Source: a bacterium (GTDB taxonomy: Bacteria; Electryoneota; Electryoneia; Electryoneales; Electryoneaceae). From it: a stretch of DNA of 64,000 nt. A program made the position numbers and the translations under genes. Position 1 is the first letter of the stretch. Each line of letters opens with the position of its first letter. Shown here piece by piece: positions 58,411 to 64,000 of this stretch. The DNA lies in assembly GCA_963675295.2 (NCBI GenBank), contig CAXXKJ010000002.1:1280001-1344000 (forward strand). The letters are read 5' to 3'. The notes under the pieces are model-generated. The model was not told the DNA's origin and did not search any database. It was given only the letters and a program-made list of their open reading frames with translations.

Positions 58411-59646
58411 TCACTCATACCGAATCGCTTCGACCGGATCGAGCATCGCCGCGCGGCTGGCCGGATACACCGCCGCGAGTAGACATAGGATGACGCCGAC
58501 AATGCCCACCGCCGCGAAGTCGGTCGCACGCATCAGCACCGGCAGCGAGTTCAGCATGTAGATGTCCGATGGCAGGCTGAAGAAGTGGTACGTTTGCTGT
58601 GCCCACAGCAGCGCGTAGCCAATCAGCAGGCCGGTGAACGTACCGGTGATGCCGACAACCAGCCCCTGGTACAGGAAGATGGTGCGGATCTCTTTCTGCG
58701 TCGCGCCCATGGTCAGCAGGATACCGATTTCCTTGCGTTTCTCGAGCGTGACCATCACCAGCGTCGAGACGATGTTGAACGCCGCGACGAGGATGATCAG
58801 GCTGAGCACGATGAACATTGCCCATTTCTCGAACTGCATCCACGAGAACAGCGTCTTGCGCATCTCGAACCATGTGCGCGGGTACCACGGGTAGCCGATC
58901 TCGTCGACGACCCGCTCCTTGACCGTCCACGCGTCGTCGAGGGTGGTGGTTTTAACATCGAGTCCACTGACCGTGTTGCCCATCTGGAACAGCTCCTGCG
59001 CCTCGTACAGGCCGATCAACGCGAACACCTGGTCAAATTCGGCGAGGCCGGATTCGAAGATGCCGGAGACTCGGTATCTGCCCATCCGTGGCTGGCCGAA
59101 TGGTCCGCTCATCCCCGCCGGACTGAGCAGATAGACGGTGTCGCCGAGGGTCGCGTAAAGCACATCCGCGAGGTAACGTCCGAGCACGATTCCGCCCATC
59201 GCGTCGCTGCCCGGCGGAACGTCGAGGCTGTCGAGCGAACCCGCGATAATCATTTCGGGCAGGTTGTTGACGGCGGCGACGGATTCCACGTCTACGCCGC
59301 GAATGATCGTGCCCTCGGTGTGTTTGCCGTGACGGATCATCCCCTTGTCGAGGATGTACGGCGTCACCGCCTCGACCTTGTCCATCGACCGGATCTCGTC
59401 CGCCACTCCGCGCCAGTTCTTGGATGTGTTGCCGCTGAAGACGGAGACACGCAACGGTGCGTCCGCCCCGATAATCCGTGCCCGGACTTCTTCCTCGAAG
59501 CCGTTCATGATCGAGAGGACGATCACCAGCGCGGCGGCGCCGACCGCTACTCCGGCGGCGGAGAGGTAGGTAATCAGGGAGATGAACCCGGTGCGCCGTT
59601 TCGAGCGCAGGTACCGGTTCGCGATGGTCCAGGTGTAGTGGGACAG
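58411..59646 (-). CDS. Lipoprotein-releasing ABC transporter permease LolC/E
   Basis: IANRYLRSKRR.GFIS, VLSIMNGF, VAAFNIVSTL, PSDIY, YPASRAA.LDPVEAIRYE. Frame extended upstream to CTG 59646. Confidence 0.88.
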   Translation of the reverse strand: MSHYTWTIANRYLRSKRRTGFISLITYLSAAGVAVGAAALVIVLSIMNGFEEEVRARIIGADAPLRVSVFSGNTSKNWRGVADEIRSMDKVEAVTPYILDKGMIRHGKHTEGTIIRGVDVESVAAVNNLPEMIIAGSLDSLDVPPGSDAMGGIVLGRYLADVLYATLGDTVYLLSPAGMSGPFGQPRMGRYRVSGIFESGLAEFDQVFALIGLYEAQELFQMGNTVSGLDVKTTTLDDAWTVKERVVDEIGYPWYPRTWFEMRKTLFSWMQFEKWAMFIVLSLIILVAAFNIVSTLVMVTLEKRKEIGILLTMGATQKEIRTIFLYQGLVVGITGTFTGLLIGYALLWAQQTYHFFSLPSDIYMLNSLPVLMRATDFAAVGIVGVILCLLAAVYPASRAAMLDPVEAIRYE

Positions 59647-59764
59647 CGTCCTGCTCCAGCGTTTTACGTCATGTCACCGGTGAAGCTACAAAAAACCGTC
59701 GCGGATGACACCACGGGCAGGGACAATTCGTTCCGGGGAGGCCACCGTGAGTTCCCGTGGTTTG

Positions 59765-61192
59765 TTACTTGACGACGACCACCCGCAACGGCGTCGTCTG
59801 CACTTTCGACCCGCTCACTTCGATGAAATAGGTCCCACTCGCGACTTGGTGCAAGCTGACCGACATCCGGTGGGTTCCGGCAGTGAACCGGCCGGACGCG
59901 ATGGTAGATATCCGCTGGCCGAGCACATTGGACAGCGTAATCGTCATGTCGGACGACCGGGGAATGGTGAACTCAAGCCGCATCCGCGCGTTCGATGGGT
60001 TCGGATACGCGTGCAGCTGGATGGAATTCGGCAGTTCCACAGGAACGTTCGCGGAAACAGCTGTCGCGGTAGCGACCAGGTAGTCTGTCATCCACGTTTC
60101 GTCTGGATCGGCGAACCCGACAGCCATGAACTCATCACTGGAAATTCCGGCGATGGCTGTGAACTCCGCGTGCTGCTGAAAGCCGTAGCTCCGTGTCCAG
60201 GCGGTTGACCCGTCCGGTGCCAACAGGTGCAGCACGGCCTGCTTGCTGAACGTCAGTGGATCCTGATCGACTCCGCAGACGAGCGCCGAATCTCCCGCTC
60301 CCGTGGTGACATCACGCCAGCTGTCCCACCCAGCCTGACCGGATTGCCTGGACCAGAGGAATTCGCCCGTTGCCGAAAGTTTCAGCAGGATGCCGTCGGT
60401 TTCCTCGCTGACGGGATCGGTCACGGTCGTGCCCGCAACATAGATTTCTCCCCCCGGGGTCACATCCACCCCCGCGCTCTGCTGCGCCCACGGCAGGGCG
60501 TGCAGGTAGTCCCAGAGCGGCGTGCCATCCGGATCGAACACCAGCACGTGCAGGTCGCTGGCGAAGTCGTTATTCGCATTTTGCTGCGACGCCACGATCA
60601 GGTTTCCCGCCGAAGTTCGTGCCAGGGAAGTTGCGGCGTGATAGTCATCGAACTCGCTGGTGAACGTCCACAAGACATTCCCGTTCGCATCGAGATGGAG
60701 CAGCCCGATCTGCTTGATTCCGTCGATATCCACGAAGCCGAGGACATACGCGCCGCCATGCCCGTCGGACACCAGGCTGACTGCGGCGGACGGGTAGTCC
60801 TCGAAATACGTTCGTGACCAGCGCTGGCGACCGTCGTCATCGAATTGGCACACCAGCCAGTCGAACAGGCCTTCGTTCGGACGGGTCGCCCCGGCAAGCC
60901 AGAACCGTCCTGCCGGGTCCGCCATCACATCGGCGGTTTCATCCCACCATTGGGTGTCGTAGTCCATCACCCACCGTGGCTTTCCGGATGTATTGAGCAG
61001 GCATACGACTGCTGATGTTTCGCCAACCCCGAACGAGGAGGAATACCCGCCGGCGAGGTACAGACCGTCCGGCGTCACGTCCACGCAAGTCAAAATGTCA
61101 TGCGCGAATCCGCTGATCGGCTGTCCGAACGATCCGGTGACGTGCAGCAACAGAAACAACAGAGCGGCGGCGAGTGATCGTGACAGGCGCAT
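59765..61192 (-). CDS. Secreted beta-propeller protein with T9SS type-A sorting domain
   Basis: Start at ATG 61192. G...W repeats; YPNPSN...NVLGQ...ASGTYF...VVVK. Confidence 0.8.
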   Translation of the reverse strand: MRLSRSLAAALLFLLLHVTGSFGQPISGFAHDILTCVDVTPDGLYLAGGYSSSFGVGETSAVVCLLNTSGKPRWVMDYDTQWWDETADVMADPAGRFWLAGATRPNEGLFDWLVCQFDDDGRQRWSRTYFEDYPSAAVSLVSDGHGGAYVLGFVDIDGIKQIGLLHLDANGNVLWTFTSEFDDYHAATSLARTSAGNLIVASQQNANNDFASDLHVLVFDPDGTPLWDYLHALPWAQQSAGVDVTPGGEIYVAGTTVTDPVSEETDGILLKLSATGEFLWSRQSGQAGWDSWRDVTTGAGDSALVCGVDQDPLTFSKQAVLHLLAPDGSTAWTRSYGFQQHAEFTAIAGISSDEFMAVGFADPDETWMTDYLVATATAVSANVPVELPNSIQLHAYPNPSNARMRLEFTIPRSSDMTITLSNVLGQRISTIASGRFTAGTHRMSVSLHQVASGTYFIEVSGSKVQTTPLRVVVVK

Positions 61193-61193
61193 C

Positions 61194-62579
61194 TCAACCC
61201 CCCGCATCGGGTTGCGGGCCGTCGTCCAGCATCCACCGCACGAGCTCATCCATCAGGTCACGGTACTGGGCTTGTCCCGCGAGGTTGGTCCATTCATGCG
61301 GGTCGCTGTCGTGATCGTACAGCTCTTCGCTGCCGTCAGCATAACGGATGTACCGCCATCGTCGTGTGCGAATGGCGTGGTTGCCAGCGTGATAGGTTGT
61401 CAGTGCGGGCTCGTCTCGCGGTAAATCCGGGTTGAGCAACCAGCTGGTCAGGTCCAGTCCTTCGAGATAAGGCGGGCAGGGCAGTCCGGTGAGACCGTTG
61501 ATGGTTGGGTACATGTCCAGCAGGCTGACCGCTTCCGTGCACACCGATCCCGGCGTCGTCACCCCCGGCGCGATCACAATCAAGGGCACGTGTGTCGACT
61601 CCTCCCACAGCGTGCTTTTCTTCCAGTGACTTTTCTCACCGAGGTGGAATCCGTGATCGCTGCAAAGCAGAAGGATCGTGTTGTCGTTAAAGATCTCGCT
61701 GTCGAGGGCAGTGAGCAGACGGCCCAGCATCGCGTCCGCGAAATACATCCCGCTGAGATAGGCGCTGACCGCTGCTCGGCGTTGCTGGTAGCGCTCGATT
61801 TTCTTGTCCTGTGCCGAATGGATCAGCGACCGGCCTGCGGATGGAATGTCGTCCAGATCGTCCGGGTTCATCGGTGGCAGGGTAACCTTCGCCGGATCAA
61901 ACTGTTCGTAGTAGTGCCGGGGAACGTACCACGGCAGATGCGCGCGGAAATAGTTGATCGCGAGGAAGTAGGGCTGGTCTGCCGGGTGTTTGCGAATCCT
62001 GTCAATCGCCCAGTCAGTGACCTGGTAGTCGTAGGTCTTTTCTTCACTGATGTCCAGTGGCTGAAAGTCCAGCAGATCACGGCTCGGACTCGGCAGGTTG
62101 GACGCCGGATTCCGCGGGTTGGTTGGATCGCCGCGGTGGGGGAATGCGTCATCCCACACGCTTGGGTATCCGCCGTGAAAAATCTTGCCGCCCTGGTACG
62201 TGCGGTACCCATTGGATCGCAGGTAACCGGGCAGGGTGGCCAGGCTGCAAATCCGGTCTTCCCACGGGTCGGTGTTGTCGTAGACGCCAGTCGTTGACGG
62301 TTTCAGTCCAGAGAGGAAGCTGGTTCGAGACGGAACGCAGATCGTTGCGGATACATGAGCGTTGCTGAACAGCTGGCCACGCTTGGCCAGGTTGTCAATG
62401 TGCGGGGTGCGTGCGTCCGGATGACCGCCGAGACAGCCGACCCAGTCGTTGACATCCTCGAGAATGATCAGGATGACGTTCGAGTCGGAGGACAGAGCCT
62501 GCGCGAGCGGAGCGTGCATCGCCGCCATCAGCCCGCCCATGGCGGTCGTGCTGCTGCGGATGAACTCTCGTCGTTTCAT
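61194..62579 (-). CDS. Tat-exported formylglycine-dependent sulfatase (iduronate/choline sulfatase-like)
   Basis: KRREFI Tat motif; CVPSR; GKIFH; SDHGFHLGEK; ELYD...DPHE..NLA. Confidence 0.9.
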   Translation of the reverse strand: MKRREFIRSSTTAMGGLMAAMHAPLAQALSSDSNVILIILEDVNDWVGCLGGHPDARTPHIDNLAKRGQLFSNAHVSATICVPSRTSFLSGLKPSTTGVYDNTDPWEDRICSLATLPGYLRSNGYRTYQGGKIFHGGYPSVWDDAFPHRGDPTNPRNPASNLPSPSRDLLDFQPLDISEEKTYDYQVTDWAIDRIRKHPADQPYFLAINYFRAHLPWYVPRHYYEQFDPAKVTLPPMNPDDLDDIPSAGRSLIHSAQDKKIERYQQRRAAVSAYLSGMYFADAMLGRLLTALDSEIFNDNTILLLCSDHGFHLGEKSHWKKSTLWEESTHVPLIVIAPGVTTPGSVCTEAVSLLDMYPTINGLTGLPCPPYLEGLDLTSWLLNPDLPRDEPALTTYHAGNHAIRTRRWRYIRYADGSEELYDHDSDPHEWTNLAGQAQYRDLMDELVRWMLDDGPQPDAGG

Positions 62580-62695
62580 TCAACGCTCTCACGACAGAAA
62601 GAGACAGCGTGCCGTAGCGTTCGACGACACGGTCGATGGTCTGATTAAAGGTACAACATCGCGCACAGCACCAGCCGTTCAGGCTCCGGTGTGTA

Positions 62696-63583
62696 TCAGT
62701 AGATCCAGGCCTGCCGGACCGTCAAACGGTTCCCGTCCCGCCACGGAATCCAGCCGTACTCCGTCTCAGGACCGGGTTCGTCCCACCCCCTGAACACGCG
62801 GATCCAGTCACCATCCGCCTCAACGACCCGTGCCGGAGCGGTTTCGTCATCGTCCTCGAGTTCGAGTCCTTCCGCCTGGAGGTCAGGTTCGGCATAGGCC
62901 CACGGGTAGTCTTCCCAGCGCACGCTGAAGGATTTCCGCAGGTAGCCGGGCCAGTCGTAAAACGTGCCGCCGTGCCCATTCTTCACCCACAGCCGGTGGC
63001 CGCTGTACAGGTTGGATTCTACTTCAACCCAGTCCCCGGACTTGTCCAGCGCGGTGAGATGGAGCAGGCCGTAATCGGTCTTGGTAACCAGGCCCCGCAG
63101 CTCGCTGCCGTCCGGCAGTTCCAACGGCCAGTCGAGGTAGAGATTTACGCTGGCGAGCTGGGAATTGTCATTCGGTGCGGTGTACACGTACGTACTGTCG
63201 TCGCAGATGTACGCGCCGATGCCATACCAGTCTTCCCAGTCGAGTTCCGTCTCCCACGGATACACGACTTCGTTGCCGTTGAGCAGGCCCCAGGTGGTGT
63301 CGCCCGGGGTGACCTGCACGTAGAGATCCGCCGCCCGCAACCAGCTGGACAGCAGCATGCGGTAGCCGTCCCACGCCAGATTGTCCGGCAGCATTGGCGG
63401 CATGATCAACGTGTCGCCGTCATGCGTCGCGAGGCTGATCTCGCCATAGACGGACCGTTCAACGAAATTCACCGGCTTGATCGACTCGCCGGGAACGGGG
63501 TCCGTGATGTTGTCGTCAGTTTCCGAACAACCCATGCCTGTGAACGATAATCCCAGCACCAGCAGCCATGTGCCCGCCTTCAT
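62696..63583 (-). CDS. Hypothetical lipoprotein with possible SH3-like C-terminal repeats
   Basis: Lipobox GMG-C; GDWVEV...LWV and GDWIRV...GWIPWR. Confidence 0.65.
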   Translation of the reverse strand: MKAGTWLLVLGLSFTGMGCSETDDNITDPVPGESIKPVNFVERSVYGEISLATHDGDTLIMPPMLPDNLAWDGYRMLLSSWLRAADLYVQVTPGDTTWGLLNGNEVVYPWETELDWEDWYGIGAYICDDSTYVYTAPNDNSQLASVNLYLDWPLELPDGSELRGLVTKTDYGLLHLTALDKSGDWVEVESNLYSGHRLWVKNGHGGTFYDWPGYLRKSFSVRWEDYPWAYAEPDLQAEGLELEDDDETAPARVVEADGDWIRVFRGWDEPGPETEYGWIPWRDGNRLTVRQAWIY

Positions 63584-63779
63584 CTCATTATCCCTCGATT
63601 TCGTCTTCCACACTCAGCAAACCGTAACGTTATCAAGTACTTCTGCAATGTCACCTTGTGGCTGGCTGTGCGGTTCCCCACCGTCGCCCTGATCAGGTAC
63701 ACAACGGCAGCCAACGTCTTGAAAATTCAGGATCGTACATTGAGCCGGGCATTGCAAGTGCCCGGCCACGGAGTCACGT

Positions 63780-63813
63780 AAAAAACCGCCACGGATCAAG
63801 GTCCGTGGCGGTT
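63780..63813 (-). terminator. Probable intrinsic terminator
   Basis: aaccgccacggatc-aag-gtccgtggcggtt with an A-run. Confidence 0.6.
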
Positions 63814-63837
63814 GAGCATCTGTATCAGGTTCAGGTT

Positions 63838-63994
63838 GTTCTTGTCTTTTCCTGTCTTTTGCTATCTGTTACTATCCGATCCTGTCTTTTCCTATCTGTT
63901 CCTATCTTTTCCTGTCTGTTACTTCTGTTGCATCTGTTACTTCTGTTGCATCTGTTGCTTCTTTTGCGTCTGTTGCTTCTTTTGCGTCCGTTGC
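63838..63994. repeat. Short tandem repeat tract of 10-mers then 9-mers
   Basis: cctgtctttt/cctatctgtt units followed by tctgttgca/tctgttact/tcttttgcg units. Confidence 0.8.
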
Positions 63995-64000
63995 TCACTT

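Overview
GC-rich chromosomal window from a diderm bacterium. It is most likely an FCB-group lineage outside Bacteroidota (inference from several secreted proteins ending in a 'PNPFN...K.MLVK'-type T9SS type-A sorting domain plus a PorX-like REC-PglZ regulator). Housekeeping genes (aminotransferase, prpD-like, surE, guaA, uppP, sucCD, clpC, lolD/lolCE, sugar epimerases) are interspersed with many secreted FG-GAP/beta-propeller proteins, an AttEFGH-like ABC operon interrupted by a REP-associated tyrosine transposase (RAYT), a cupredoxin-kinase-porin module, BlaI/BlaR1 and an MNT-HEPN toxin-antitoxin pair. No rRNA, tRNA, CRISPR array or prophage was seen. Most notable observations: (1) a RAYT/REP system whose REPs appear to be translated as signal-peptide N-regions, each site preceded by a 17-bp tandem duplication of the upstream gene end; (2) a stand-alone, probably sigma28-driven protein with seven DDREKPPKR repeats; (3) unrelated secreted cargoes sharing a near-identical sorting-domain DNA cassette; (4) two apparent non-canonical start codons (CTG for lolC/E, ACG for the HEPN toxin).
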